From NCBI GenBank assembly GCA_963796685.1, contig CAWCMR010000008.1, positions 192,001-256,000 on the forward strand: a stretch of DNA of 64,000 nt, written 5' to 3'. The position numbers were made by a program, and so were the translations under genes. Source of the stretch: an uncultured delta proteobacterium. GTDB lineage: Bacteria > Myxococcota_A > Polyangia > Fen-1088. The notes under the pieces were generated by a model. That model saw only the letters and a list, made by a program, of their open reading frames with translations. It did not search any database and was not told the origin of the DNA. Position 1 is the stretch's first letter; every line of letters starts with the position of its first letter. Shown here piece after piece: positions 43,501 through 54,373 of this stretch.

Positions 43501-45904
43501 TGCCGATGGTCGCCGAGTTGCCCTGCGCCCGGGCGTCGCTGCCCACGGTAGCGTACTGAAGGGTTACCTGGCCGTTTTCGGAAAGCACCACCTCGAATCC
43601 GATCACCGGAGTCGAGCTGCCGAGGAACTGCACGGAACGCCACTCGATGACGAAGCTGCGATTCGGCGCCGTGCCCACGATCTCGGTGCGAACGCTGCTT
43701 CCGCTTGCCACATTCAGGTCATCCCACAGCGCATAAATGGCGGCGTTGGGGGTCGACGTGGACGGGATGCTGGTGTTGGAGTACGACGTGTCCGCGGCGA
43801 GGAAGTTCACGACCCCGTTGGTGGAAACGTAGGCGGTGCTGTAAGCCTGGCCGTAGAACGTGAAGAGGAACGGCAGCGCCACCGCCACCGCGGAATCGTC
43901 GCCCGACAAAGAGAGCACGGTATTGGCGGCAACATACGCATAGGCTCCGGCTCGGCACGAGTAGCCGAAGGTATCTCGCCGGGCCACCACCGCGAAATCG
44001 AGGGTCGTGTCGGCGTGGATGGTCACGTGCGAGGTCAGCCCAGCGAGGCAGCCGGTGGTGTCCACCTTGACGTCGTATTCTCCGTCGGGCACGGCAGCGA
44101 AGCTGTAGCTGCCGTCTGCACCGGTGGTGGCAGGGGCAAGCGGCGTGCCAAGGATGGTGACCTTGACATTGGCCACCGCCGCCCCCTGGTCGTCTCTCAC
44201 CTGACCGGAGAGCGCGTGCGAGGGGACCGCGACCATGACGAAGCTCTGGACCGTCGCCGCCCCTTCGGTGATCGCCACCTGGTTGGCGGTGGAGCTTTGA
44301 TAGGCGTACAGGCTCGCGGTCACGGTGTAGGAGCCCACCGGCAACGTGATCTGGTAGGCGCCGGTCGCGTCGGTGGTGGCGCTCCGACTGCTGCCCGTAA
44401 CCGTGATGGCCACACCGGCCAGGGGCGCGCCCGTCGACGACGACGTGACCGTGCCTTGCAGCGTGCCGGTAGGACCGCGCGGGGCCTGATCGATGGCCGC
44501 GTAGATGTCCAGCCTTCCCTCGCCCCAAACATTGTTGTTGGCCGCCGTGCCGCCGCAGCTGGTATCGGAGGTGTCCACAGCGGTGAGCGACAGCAGCGCC
44601 TTGGTGGCGGCGATGTCGCCAATCAGCGACGGCGCGGACGACCAGAGCAGGGCGACGGAGCCCGCAACATGGGGCGACGCCATCGATGTGCCACTGAAAC
44701 TGGCATAGCTGTTGCCCGGGATGCTGCTGCGAACGCTCACGCCGGGCGCTGCGATATTCGGCTTGATGATCCCGGCGAACGCCGACGGGCCACGGCTGGA
44801 GAAGCTGGCAATCACGTTGTTGACATCGTAGGCGCCGGCCGAGAAGCTCTCGGGATAGTCGCCCGGCGTGCCCGAGGTGCTGCAGCCCGAGCCCGAGTTG
44901 CCGTTGGAGAACGCGGGAAAGATGCCGGCCGCCACCCAACTCTGCACGATCTGCTGGTACCAGGTGTCCCCACCACCGCCGCCCCACGAGTTGTTGACGA
45001 TGTTGGGACGCAGGTCTGGACGCGGATTCTGGCCGTTGAGGTCGGTGGGGGCCAGGATCCACTGCCCGGCCGCCAGCAGCGAGGAGGTGCTGCAAGAGCT
45101 CAGCTCGCATCCTTTGGCGGCGATCCATTTGGCGTGCGGCGCGACGCCGATGCGGTTGGCGCCCGGAGAACCGTCGTCGCCCACCATGGTCCCCATGGTG
45201 TGCGTGCCGTGGTCGTTGTTGTCGCAGGGAACGAGCGACGGGTTGCCGCAGGTGTTGGACGGGTCGTACCAGTTGTAGTTGTGGTTGAAGGATCCGTCGG
45301 CCTGTCGGCCGCGGTATTGATTCACCAGGGCCGGGTGATCGTACTGCACCCCGGTGTCGACGCTCGCAACGACGATCCCGTCACCGAACGCCCCGAAGCT
45401 CTGCCAGGCATCGGGGGCCCTGATGCTGTTTAGCCCCCATTCCGTACCCTCGACGGGAACCACGTCCGCTGCCGGCAACAGCGGCGGCAGCGGGAAGGAC
45501 TTGTCTTCGACAATCCGAGCCACGTCTGGTCGCTTGGCGATCTCGTCCAAGGTGGCCTGATTCGCCGTCACCTTGATGGTGTTCACGATCCAGAACGGCT
45601 TGTGCTCGACCCCCTTCTGCTTGAGCCAGGCCCGCAGGCTCGCCTGATGGACGTCGGCATGGTTCCGGAGACCCTCGTGCACCGCCTTGCCTCGCGCCTT
45701 CCAGTCCTTAAGGCCACGGGCCTGTGTCAGGTCGGCCTGATCCTTCATCAACACCCACGCGGTGATCTTGTCCTTGTCTTTGCCGCCGACATCGCCTGCG
45801 GTCAGATTTTCCGTCGACGACTCGACCGGCGTCGGACTTGTCTTGTTACAAGAGGCCAGGACCAGGAGCCCGAGAGCGACGAACCGAAATTTGGTCTTCT
45901 TCAT
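40532..45904 (-). CDS. Large S8 serine protease lipoprotein (bacillopeptidase F-like) with carboxypeptidase-regulatory-like, nidogen-like and PKD/Ig repeats
   Basis: Lipobox LASC; triad [20 protein letters not shown]; six NxxPVxNAGxDQxITLP repeats. Confidence 0.9.
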   Translation of the reverse strand: MKKTKFRFVALGLLVLASCNKTSPTPVESSTENLTAGDVGGKDKDKITAWVLMKDQADLTQARGLKDWKARGKAVHEGLRNHADVHQASLRAWLKQKGVEHKPFWIVNTIKVTANQATLDEIAKRPDVARIVEDKSFPLPPLLPAADVVPVEGTEWGLNSIRAPDAWQSFGAFGDGIVVASVDTGVQYDHPALVNQYRGRQADGSFNHNYNWYDPSNTCGNPSLVPCDNNDHGTHTMGTMVGDDGSPGANRIGVAPHAKWIAAKGCELSSCSTSSLLAAGQWILAPTDLNGQNPRPDLRPNIVNNSWGGGGGDTWYQQIVQSWVAAGIFPAFSNGNSGSGCSTSGTPGDYPESFSAGAYDVNNVIASFSSRGPSAFAGIIKPNIAAPGVSVRSSIPGNSYASFSGTSMASPHVAGSVALLWSSAPSLIGDIAATKALLSLTAVDTSDTSCGGTAANNNVWGEGRLDIYAAIDQAPRGPTGTLQGTVTSSSTGAPLAGVAITVTGSSRSATTDATGAYQITLPVGSYTVTASLYAYQSSTANQVAITEGAATVQSFVMVAVPSHALSGQVRDDQGAAVANVKVTILGTPLAPATTGADGSYSFAAVPDGEYDVKVDTTGCLAGLTSHVTIHADTTLDFAVVARRDTFGYSCRAGAYAYVAANTVLSLSGDDSAVAVALPFLFTFYGQAYSTAYVSTNGVVNFLAADTSYSNTSIPSTSTPNAAIYALWDDLNVASGSSVRTEIVGTAPNRSFVIEWRSVQFLGSSTPVIGFEVVLSENGQVTLQYATVGSDARAQGNSATIGIENGAGTVALQYAYNQAVLSDGQAIVFVSPPFTPPVNTAPVVNAGSDQSITLPATASLSGTATDDGLPYPPGTLTTTWSVASGPGTVTFANPAALATTATFSVAGTYTLRLTASDSALSTSDDIVITVNPAPPAHALSGHVRDAQGAAVANVKVTIIGSSLAPATTGADGSYSFAAVFEGEYDVTVDSNGCLAGQTLHVTISSDTTLDFAVVARQDSFGYTCRATAYAYVAANTVLALTGDDYATSVTLPFAFTLYGQAYNTAYVSTNGLVSFLAADTSYSNTGIPSTSTPNAAIYALWDDLIVDGSTGSVRTGLIGTAPNRSFVIEWRTVRFYNTTAPLFGFEVVLAENGQVTLQYTTIGTDPRAQGNSATIGIENSSGTVALQYAYNQAVLSDGQAIAFVPPNGTPPANTAPVVNAGPDQTITLPAIASLTGTATDDGLPNPPATLTTTWSVVSGTGTVTFANPALPATTATFSASGIYTLRLTASDSALSASDDVVITVGSSPPVNQPPVVNAGPDQAITLPAQASLTGMASDDGLPNPPATLTTTWSVVSGTGTVTFANPALLATTATFSAPGSYTLRLTASDSALSASDDIVITVSAAPPVNQPPVVNAGQDQTVTLPAAASLSGSVTDDGLPSPPATVTTTWSMVSGPGSVTFGNASLRATTATFSAAGSYTLRLTANDSALSASDDVVVTVNAPANQAPVVNAGPDQTITLPATASLSGSVTDDGLPSPPATVTTTWSKVSGPGTVTFGNASARATTATFSTSGSYTLRLSASDSALSASDDIVVTVNAAPVNHAPVANAGPDQTITLPATASLSGSVTDDGLPSPPATVTTTWSKVSGSGTVTFGNASARATTATFSTAGSYTLRLTANDSALSGTDDIVITVNAAGTTPCTGLCTNPITFTVNGSYSSGNLGTGAVCYQTTSTMHSGNCGNFVSPRTLKVNGTTESCTGGNWSSLPATRNGGYCIQTTTGNQSWAYFTAW
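40820..42275 (-). repeat. Five tandem ~290-bp PKD/Ig-like coding repeats (a sixth at ~43120-43395)
   Basis: Near-identical DNA units encoding DDGLP.PPAT.TTTWS.VSG.GTVTF.N...TTATFS..G.YTLRLTA.DSALS..DD.V.TV. Confidence 0.85.
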
Positions 45905-46184
45905 CGATACACCTCCACGAATTCGCGAACTGCTATTGGGGGACAGTCTCCACGACGGTGACACAACAGGTCATCAGCGCGATGCTGCACCATCCCCTAA
46001 GAAAGGCAAGAGGCGACTTGGCGCGTACTGACTTTTGATGGGATGCCGTGTGGTCCGCGTCACCTGGGCTTGGTTGCGAAGACGGAGGCGATCGAAAATG
46101 CTCGGCCGGCAGACGGAGCCTGCACGCTCTCCGACGAGAATTCGCAGAACCGATCGTAGTCCGTAAACATCCTATGGATACCCC

Positions 46185-48861
46185 TTGTCAACGTATCGAG
46201 AACCGGAACAAAGCTTCGACGAGCACGTCGCCACCCGCTACCGGCTCTATTCCGGCCTTCTACTCGGCCTGCCTTACAACCTGCTGCAACGGGTGGGGAG
46301 GCTCTTGCCGGTTTTTACCGAGCACTGTCGCAAAGGCCTGCAACAGAAGGAGTCGCCCAGCGCCATCGTGGAGAGGTTCTTCGCGGAGAACCCCGCGCTC
46401 ACGGATGTCTCGCAGAGCGATGCGATCTTTCTCTTCCTGCAACTCATCGAGCGCCAGGTCGTACTGTTCGACGCCCTCGAGGACGCATCCTTCGGCCAAA
46501 CCCACGACCTCGACGCGCCGGGAAGCGTGTCCCAGATCGTCGAGGAGATCTTTCGCGACGACCGCCGCGCGGATCTGGCGAAACTCCTGGACCAAACCGC
46601 CACGCGCATCGTGCTGACCGCGCATCCCACGCAATTCTATCCGGACACGGTCCAGGAAATCATTCACGATCTCCGCTCGGCCCTGAGCCGCAACGCCCCG
46701 GCAGAGGTGGAGAGGCTACTCCTCCAACTTGGCAAGACGCGCTTTTCCAACCACGAGCGTCCGACACCCGTGGACGAGGCACGCAGTGTCCTGCGCTCCC
46801 TCGAAGACGTGTTCTATCCCGTGCTCTCGGGCATCGCCGCGCGCATGCTGGTCGTAGCGCACCGTCGCGCACGGCTGCCAGAGCACCTGCCGAAGCGTCC
46901 CAACATTCAGATCGGCTTTTGGCCGGGCGGCGACCGCGATGGCAATCCCTTCGTCACCGCCGCGGTCACCCGCGAAGTCGCGCGCCTGCTCAAGGAGCGG
47001 GTGCTCGAGCAACACCACGCCACCGCGGTCGCGCTGGCCCGGCGCCTGACCTTCGAAGGCGTCCACAGCAAGATCCAAGGTATTGTCGCCCGCTTGCGCT
47101 CGACGTGGCTTCACGCTGCCGACATCGGTCGCAACGGAGCCGGTGGCCATGCCGTGGCTGGCAGCACGCCCTATGCCACGGTGACGGAGCTGCAGTCCGA
47201 GCTACTCCAGCTGCGCAAGCTCATCGTTCGCGATCACCAGAGTCTGTTTTTGGACGAGCTCGACGATCTCATCGTCAAAGTCCACCTCTTCGGATTCCAC
47301 TTCGCCTCGCTCGATTTGCGCCAGAGCAGCGATGTCTTCTTCTCGAGTCTGCGTGAGATCGCGGAGGGCATGGGCGAGACCAACGCCTTCTCGGCATCCG
47401 ACCGTCTCGCCTTGACCAGGGCCGAGTCTGCCCAGCAGGTCCCGTTCGACGTGCTGGAGCGCCTTCTCGGCCTGGTCGAGCCCTTGTCCGCAGAAGCCGT
47501 CGCCCGCCTCTCGCCTCTTGCCAAGGACACCTTGGAAGTTCTTGGCCTGGTACCGAAAATCCAGGAGAGCAACGGCGAGCTCGGGCTCCATCGCGTGATC
47601 ATCAGCCACACCCGCGGACCCGAGGATCCCATGGTGGTGCTCGTGCTGGCGCGATTGGCGGGTCTTTTGCCGTCGGCCGGGCGCTTGGATATCGTGCCCT
47701 TGTTCGAGTCCATCGACGATCTGGAGCACGCCGAGGCCATCATGGGACGACTTCTGCAATCTCCCGCCTACCGCGAGGTCCTCGATGCACGCGAACAGCG
47801 GCAGGTGGTCATGCTGGGGTTCTCGGACGGCACCAAGGATGGCGGGTATCTCACCGCCAACTGGAGCATTCGCCGGGCCAAGCGTCGCCTGACCAAACTC
47901 GGGCGCAGCCAGGGCGTGCGCATGATCTTCTTCGACGGACGCGGCGGACCGCCGGCGCGCGGCGGCGGCAACACGCATCGCTTCTACCGTTCGCGGGACT
48001 CCCTGATCGAGCAGTGGGAAACCCAGACTGACCATCCAGGGCCAAACCATCAGCAGCAATTTCGGAAGCCCCGAAATGGCTTGCTACCATGTGGAACAAC
48101 TCTTCACCGCGAACATCGAGAACCACTTGTCTCCGACCCAAGGCGAGGATCCCGCGCCGGAATTTGGGCCCCTGATGGACGAGCTGTCGAGCTTGTCCTT
48201 CGAGGCCTACCGCAAGTTGCGCGACAACCCGGCCCTCATCACCTTTCTGGCCGAATGCAGTCCCCTGCCACTTTTCGACCACCTGACCAACGCAAGCCGG
48301 CCGGTAAGCCGTCGCGCCTCGCAGACCCTCGATTTGGAAAGCCTACGCGCCATCCCCCTGGTCGCGACCTGGAGCGTGCTCAAGATCCAGATCTCCGGTT
48401 TTTACGGGCTTGGCTCGGCCCTGGAACAAGTCATCGACTCGGGCCGCGAGGAGGAGCTGCAGCGGCTGTACCGCCACTCGCGCTTTTTCCGCGCCCTGGT
48501 CGACAACACAGCCATGAGCGTCATCAAATCCCGTTTCGATATCACCGCGCACCTCGAGCGTGACGAGCGATTCCGAACGCTCTGGGGGCAGATCCACGAT
48601 GAAGCCGTGCGCGTCGAGCGAAGCATCCTGCGTATCACCCGACAGCCGTGGCTGCTGGCGAATGACCCCCTCGTCAGGGCCAGCATCCGCTACCGCGAGG
48701 AAATCATCCTACCCTTGTTGGTCATCGTTCACGATGCCTTCGCCCGCTACAACGCCAATCTGCGCGCGGGTAGCGCGGGCACGGAACGGGCGGTGCTGGC
48801 TCGGCGAATGGCTTTGAAGGGCATCGCCGCGGTCATCAACGCCACCCGCAACGCCGCCTAG
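46185..48861 (+). CDS. ppc: Phosphoenolpyruvate carboxylase (+1 frameshift at 48027)
   Basis: VLTAHPTQF, GGDRDGNP, IVPLFE, MLGFSDGTKDGG, DGRGGPPARGGG; removing A48027 restores QLTIQGQTISSNFG; LRAIP; ends RNAA. Confidence 0.9.
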
Positions 48862-48971
48862 CCCCAAACCTGCCCGCACACGAAAGTATTGAAGGTTTGC
48901 CGCACTCCGGATTAGTCTCGCTTTGCGCAGCGCGAACACACTGCGTGAACAGCAACCAGGAGAGGTGAAGA

Positions 48972-50272
48972 ATGGTCCGTTCCAGCCGCTGCACGTATAT
49001 TCTCGCAAGCACAGGTGCCTTGATGTTCGCTGCCGGTTGTTGCCATTGCCCGGCGCCGGCGCCCATGGCCCAGCCACCCCGCCCCATGGTCTACGCACCC
49101 GCGCCGGTCCCCGTGCCCGCGCCCGCTCCGGTCGTTACACCCCCGCCGGCCGAGGCCGCGCCCGCATCGACGGCGACCATCGTGCTCAAGGACGCCGGAC
49201 TGCAGACACCCGAGTGCGCCTTGTGGGATCCCGATCAGGATATCTACTTCCTCAGCAACATCAACGGCGATCCAACGGCCGTGGACAAAAATGGATTCAT
49301 CTCGAAGATCAGCCCGGAGGGCAAGGTCATCGAGCTCAAGTTCATCGAAAGCGGCAAGAAGGGCGCCGAATTGAACGCGCCCAAGGGCATGGCCATCGCG
49401 GGCAACATTCTTTACGTGGCCGATCTGGACGTGGTTCGCAGGTTCGACCGCAAGTCAGGCAAGCCCAGGGGCAAGATTGCGATCAAAGGCTCCGTCTTTC
49501 TCAATGCCCTGACCGTCTCGCCCGATGGCAAGGTGCTGTACGTTTCGGACAGCGCGGTCAAGATCAACGCGGGCGGCTTCACGGGCACGGGCGGCGACGC
49601 CATTTTCGAAATCGATCTCAAGAAGCGCTCCGTGCGACCGCTCATCCAGAACAAGGCGTTGCACTGGCCGAACGGCGTGCTCGCAGACGACACCGGCATC
49701 TGGTCGGTCTCGCTGGGCGCGAACGAGTCGTTCACGTCAGCTACAAGGGCGAGCTCGGCTCGGTCACCAAGCTTCCCAAGGGCGCTCTCGACGGTATCGT
49801 CCGTCTCGCCGACAATTCGCTCTTGATTTCGAGCTGGGATGCATCCGCCGTCTATCGCGGCCTGCCCGGTGGCGAGTTCAAGGAGATCATTTCCGGCGTG
49901 ACCTCGCCGGCGGCCATCGGACTCGACAGCAAGCGACGCGCGGTGCTCATCCCGATCTTCATGGCATCGGCCTTCGAGATTCACCCCTTGCCCGTGCTGC
50001 CCCTGCTCGATCCTCCGGTGCCACCGGCGCCCGTCGCAAAGCCCGAGGCCGCACCGGCCCCCGTTGCCTCACCGGTGCCTGCCCGGCCCGCTTCACCAAC
50101 GGCGATGGCAGCGGCCCCCGTGCGCGCAACGGCGCCGGCCCCCGTGCCAGCGCCTGCACCAGCCGCCGCACCGGCACCCGCCGCCGTGCCAGCGCCCGCC
50201 GCCGTGCCAGCGCCGGCACCAGCTCCGGCCCCCGCGGCTCCGAGTGGCCCGCGCCCGGCGCGCTGGCAGTAG
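48972..50272 (+). CDS. SMP-30/gluconolactonase-like beta-propeller lipoprotein with Pro/Ala-rich termini (-1 frameshift at ~49727)
   Basis: GLQTPE..WDP..D.YFLSNING, LNAPKGM, FLNAL, WPNGV, continuing in another frame as LPKGALDGI..ISSW..SPAAIG.D. Confidence 0.75.
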
Positions 50273-50445
50273 GGTCGTCGACGTCCCGTATACCTCTCGG
50301 TGCGGCCTAGGGTGATGAAGGCCGCACTGCTGGCCCTGGCCTTCGTTTGTGCGACCAGCGCCTCCGACGAAACGTGTTGCGCGTCCTGCCTGACAAGGTC
50401 GACCTGGCATCCCTGCAAGCGATCTACGGCGAAGTCCTCTACAAC

Positions 50446-51003
50446 TCAAATGAACAGCGTGGCCTTGCTCGATCCTGCCTGGCCGAGGAACGACCCGACG
50501 CCAGCGAATTTGAGACCGGGGTAATCGATGAGCTCTTCATGCTTCATGCCCATGAGATTCATGCTCATTTCGCACACGTAGATTTCCACGCCAGACTCAC
50601 CGGCGGTCTTGATGAGCTGTTCAAGCGACATCACGTTCTTCTTCTTCATGAGGCCTTTGAGCATCGCGGTGCCCATGCCTGCCATGTGCATCTGCGAGAG
50701 TTTCAGGTTCGGCGCGCCCTTGGGCAGCATCTTGCCGAACATGCGGCCCATCATGTCCTTCTTGACCGGCCCCTTCTTGGGATCGCGCAAGGCGGCCGTG
50801 GCCCAGAAGGTGAAGAACATCGTCACCTTCTCGAACATGGCCGCCGCGCCGGTGGCGATGATGAAGGCCGCCAGCATGCTGTCGAGGTCGCCGCTCATCA
50901 CCACCATGCTGAATTTGTCCTCGGGGGCGTTGGCTTTGATGGTCTCGAGCTCGGACTCGAGGGCTTCTACGCGAGATTTCAGGGACGCGAGCTCATCGGA
51001 CAT
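50446..51003 (-). CDS. DsrE-family (DsrE2-like) sulfurtransferase
   Basis: SGDLD..AAFIIATGAAAM..VTMFFTFW, LSQMHMAGMG, YVCEMSM (active Cys), AGVGSFL. Confidence 0.88.
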   Translation of the reverse strand: MSDELASLKSRVEALESELETIKANAPEDKFSMVVMSGDLDSMLAAFIIATGAAAMFEKVTMFFTFWATAALRDPKKGPVKKDMMGRMFGKMLPKGAPNLKLSQMHMAGMGTAMLKGLMKKKNVMSLEQLIKTAGESGVEIYVCEMSMNLMGMKHEELIDYPGLKFAGVGSFLGQAGSSKATLFI

Positions 51004-51033
51004 GGGTTCTCCAGGGTGATGGGGTGGTCGGAA

Positions 51034-52254
51034 TCAGGGCAGCGAGGCCACTCTCTCGGTCGAGCATCCGGGACGAGGCACGACTTCGACCGCGGGGTCG
51101 CGGCGCATGTGCATGAAGAGAAGAGCGAGCGGGCGGCCCACCGCATGGAAGAGCTTGGTCGCGCCCATGAGCAGCACCAGCTCCATGGCCATCACGGAGT
51201 GGACCAGCAGGATCCAATCATTGACCGGGGCCTGGATGGCGAAGGTGACGGCGATTTCGATCCAGAACCCGGTCACGGCAAGCAGGAACAGCAAGATCAG
51301 CAACCAAGCATCGGCGGCCCGGGTGGTGGCCGCGCTCGGACCATCGCGACGAAGGCGACGAACGATGGCCAGCAGCACGCCGACAAGCAGGGCAAGACCG
51401 GCCCCGGTGCCCAGCACCCGCGCCGGCCAAAACACCGCCAGATGAAGCGTGTCCTTCAGCAGGTAGAGAACCACCAGGTCGAGGGTGGTGGCCAAGAGGA
51501 GTCCGGCGAAGCCACCCAGGATCAACATGTGAATGAACCAGGGGTTGCGTAGCCAGCCCAGCCCCTTGGGGCTTGACTCCGACCGCTGCCGCCGCATGGT
51601 CGCTACGTCCACAAGGGTGTTTCGCAGCGCCGCCAGAAGACTCGTCCGTGTGGCAGGGTCTTTCTGCAAAAGACGCTTTCGTCGCGGCCTGACGAAGCGA
51701 AAAAGCGAGACGGCCAAAGATAGGGTCAGCAACCCGCCGACTGCGATGCCCACGGCGTGAATCGTGCCGTAGGCAACCAGCGCCCGGAACGGCCAGCTGT
51801 CGACGCCGGCTTCAAATCCTTCTTGTGCCCCCACCTTGATACGCAGAAGGAAAAGCCCCAGCACCATTGCGATGCCGAGCGTCACCAAGATCGGTCCCAC
51901 CACGCCCCGGAGCATGAGCTTTCCGATGCCGGTAGGTTCGAGACGCGCAACCGTCCAGCGACGAACCGCGGCCATGTATTCGCCGGGGTCGGCCTGGCGC
52001 GGACAGGTTTGCGTACACTCGCCGCAGTGGTGGCACAGCCAGGGCTCGTCGCTGGCCAGCAGCTCTTGCGCGCGCCCCAGCTGACCCAAGCGAATGGCCC
52101 GGCGGGGAAAGCTCTCGGCTCCCTCGGACAAGGGGCAAACGGCCGAGCAATTGCCGCAATTGAAGCAGGCCGAGATGTCGACGGCACCGTAGCGTGCGAT
52201 GTCGCGCAGAAGACCGGGTCTGACCAGGGGAGCGTTCACGGTTGACTCCTTCAT
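51034..52254 (-). CDS. QmoC-like membrane subunit (2x[4Fe-4S] HdrC-like domain + NarI-like heme b membrane domain)
   Basis: CFNCGNCSAVCP and WLCHHCGECTQTCP, then ~6 TM helices with His residues (FIHML, LVHSV, KLFHA). Confidence 0.8.
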   Translation of the reverse strand: MKESTVNAPLVRPGLLRDIARYGAVDISACFNCGNCSAVCPLSEGAESFPRRAIRLGQLGRAQELLASDEPWLCHHCGECTQTCPRQADPGEYMAAVRRWTVARLEPTGIGKLMLRGVVGPILVTLGIAMVLGLFLLRIKVGAQEGFEAGVDSWPFRALVAYGTIHAVGIAVGGLLTLSLAVSLFRFVRPRRKRLLQKDPATRTSLLAALRNTLVDVATMRRQRSESSPKGLGWLRNPWFIHMLILGGFAGLLLATTLDLVVLYLLKDTLHLAVFWPARVLGTGAGLALLVGVLLAIVRRLRRDGPSAATTRAADAWLLILLFLLAVTGFWIEIAVTFAIQAPVNDWILLVHSVMAMELVLLMGATKLFHAVGRPLALLFMHMRRDPAVEVVPRPGCSTERVASLP

Positions 52255-52257
52255 CCC

Positions 52258-52545
52258 TTACTTGCGCGTATAGGCGATGTAGTCGCCTTGCTTGGGGCCA
52301 TCGGCCACTTCGTTGTATTTCCGCAGCGCCGCCACCTGCCACAGAACCAAACGAGCGTCGGCGCCAAGCTCGGCCGCCAGCTCGGGCACCGTCCTCGGGC
52401 CCTTGGCCAAGGTATCGAGCACGGCCTTGCGCAGACGCATGCGCTCCTTGCGCTCGGCTGCGTGCGCGTCGGACGGTTTTCCGTGCAGCTCACGCGCGCT
52501 CTGCAGCTCTCGTTTGTAGCGCTCGGACATGGCCTTCTCGGTCAT
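52258..52545 (-). CDS. Small winged-helix protein of the Hdr-like operon
   Basis: SD GAGGAGG; AVLDTLAKGPRTVPELAAELG..RLVLWQVAALRKYNEV. Confidence 0.75.
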   Translation of the reverse strand: MTEKAMSERYKRELQSARELHGKPSDAHAAERKERMRLRKAVLDTLAKGPRTVPELAAELGADARLVLWQVAALRKYNEVADGPKQGDYIAYTRK

Positions 52546-52555
52546 CGCGCCCTCC

Positions 52556-54373
52556 TCATGTCGCCACGATGGCATCGACCATCGCCTCGTATTGGTCCAG
52601 CGACCATCCCGCCACATCCAGCGCCCGCGGCGCGCACACGGCGACGCATGCACCACAACCCTTGCACAGCGCCGGGTTGATGTGCGCGACCTTGTCCGAC
52701 TGTCCAGCGCCATTAGGCTCGCATTTCACCATCGAGAGCGCCCCCTCGTAAGCGCATTCCGCGAGGCAGTCGCCACACCCATTGCAACGGTCGAGGCGCA
52801 CGGTCGCGATGAAGGGATCGAGCGACAATTCGCTCTCGGACAGCAGAATGCCCGCCTTGGCCGCGGCCGCACCCGCGCCAGCCGCGGCCTCGGAAGCGTC
52901 CATGGGTGCCTGACAGGTCCCCGCCAGGAAGATGCCATTGTTGGCGACCTCCACCGGGCGCAGCTTGGGGTGCGCTTCAAGCAAAAAGCGATCGGCGCCC
53001 ACCGGCAACTTCATCGACTCGACCAGCTCGGCGATAGGATTCGGCAACATCCCCGTGGCGAGCACGACCAGATCTGCAGCAACGGCGATCTCCTCGTTCC
53101 AAGTGAGGGCATCCTTGAAGCGAACTTGCAGCGGGCTTTCCGCCTGCGCCGGAGCGGCCTCAACCACCGGGGGCTCTTCCCCGGGATAGCGGAAGAAAAG
53201 CGCGCCGCCCTTGCTGGCCCGCTCGTACATCGCCTCCTGGCCACGGCCGTAGGTGCGAATGTCGCGGTAAAGGTCGTAGACCTGCGTCTTGGAAAACTGC
53301 TCTTGCACTTGGCCAACCGCATTCATCGCGGCGGCACAGCATACGCGCGAGCAGTAGTCGTTGATCTTGCCGTCGGCGCCGGGCTCGTGCACGCCTTCGA
53401 TTTGCCGGCTGCCCACGCAGTGGATGATGGCCAGATTGCGCACCACCTTGCCTTGCCAAATCAGGGCGCCGTCCTTGCTGCGCGCCAACGTGGGCAAGGC
53501 TTCGAGCAACGCCGCCAGCGTCACCACACGCTCGTCGCCCCAGCCAAGCTCGCCCGCCGAGGGCCGATAGAGGTCGAACCCCGTGGCCAGCACCAGCGCA
53601 CCCGCGGTGACGGGTTCGCGGTCGCGCAGGCGCACGATGAAATTGCCCACGTAGCCGTCGACCTTTTCGACCGCCACACCCGTCAGAACGGTGATGAGCG
53701 GCTCGGCATTCACGCGCGTTTCCAGCTCGCCCGTAACTTTCGAGCCATCTTCGCGCGTTTGATGGAGGCGCCCGAGCGTGCGCAACTTGCCGCCCAGCTG
53801 CCCTTCACGCTCGATCAGAATCACAGGTAACCCGATGCCGGCCAAGGCAAGCGCCGCCCGCATGCCGGCGAGTCCGCCACCGATCACCGCCACGCGCCGT
53901 TCGGCGGGTACCAAGATTGCCTCAAGCGGATCCTTCAGCACAGCCGCGCGCACCCCTGCCCGAACCAAGCTCGCCGACTTCGCGGTGGCCGCGGCGTGAT
54001 CCGCCTTGTGCACCCAGGACGCCTGCTCGCGCACGTTCACGTGCTGATAGAGGTACGGATTCAGCCCGGCTTTCTGCATGGCCCGGCGGAAGGTGCTTTC
54101 GTGGAGAGCGGGTGAGCACGCGGCGACCACGACCCGATTGACGCCCTTGTCGCGAATGTCGTCGATGATCAGGTTTTGCCCCGGATCGGAGCACATGAAG
54201 ACGAAGTCCTTCGCGGCAACCACGTCGGCATCGAGACCGGCGGCCTCGGCGACCGCCTTCACGTCCACCACGTCCGAGATGTTCCCGCCGCAATGACAGA
54301 CGTAGACACCGACCTTGGGCTTGTCCTGTGCGGGCGGGGCAGACACGACGGGTAAGTGCAGCTTCTCGGTCAT
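52556..54373 (-). CDS. hdrA: HdrA/QmoB-like flavoprotein (N-terminal HdrA domain + FAD domain + C-terminal ferredoxin)
   Basis: ATG overlaps the upstream stop. VGVYVCHCGGNI, FMCSDPGQ, AACSP, VIGGGLAG, HCVGSR..YCSRVCC, CNGCGDC..C, CKGCGACVAVC. Confidence 0.88.
   Translation of the reverse strand: MTEKLHLPVVSAPPAQDKPKVGVYVCHCGGNISDVVDVKAVAEAAGLDADVVAAKDFVFMCSDPGQNLIIDDIRDKGVNRVVVAACSPALHESTFRRAMQKAGLNPYLYQHVNVREQASWVHKADHAAATAKSASLVRAGVRAAVLKDPLEAILVPAERRVAVIGGGLAGMRAALALAGIGLPVILIEREGQLGGKLRTLGRLHQTREDGSKVTGELETRVNAEPLITVLTGVAVEKVDGYVGNFIVRLRDREPVTAGALVLATGFDLYRPSAGELGWGDERVVTLAALLEALPTLARSKDGALIWQGKVVRNLAIIHCVGSRQIEGVHEPGADGKINDYCSRVCCAAAMNAVGQVQEQFSKTQVYDLYRDIRTYGRGQEAMYERASKGGALFFRYPGEEPPVVEAAPAQAESPLQVRFKDALTWNEEIAVAADLVVLATGMLPNPIAELVESMKLPVGADRFLLEAHPKLRPVEVANNGIFLAGTCQAPMDASEAAAGAGAAAAKAGILLSESELSLDPFIATVRLDRCNGCGDCLAECAYEGALSMVKCEPNGAGQSDKVAHINPALCKGCGACVAVCAPRALDVAGWSLDQYEAMVDAIVAT

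Noticed and set aside
41942-45433. Long antisense or alternate-frame ORFs (e.g. 1163 aa here, 22529..25015, 15468..17927, 482..1606)
   Set aside because: Shadow ORFs expected in high-GC DNA. They are Arg/Gly/Ala-rich, lack motifs and overlap well-supported genes.
48015-48035. Programmed ribosomal frameshift or true pseudogene in ppc (also vapC and others)
   Set aside because: No slippery sequence, both halves are undecayed, and the same CAG(N)CTG context recurs in vapC. Sequencing error is more parsimonious.
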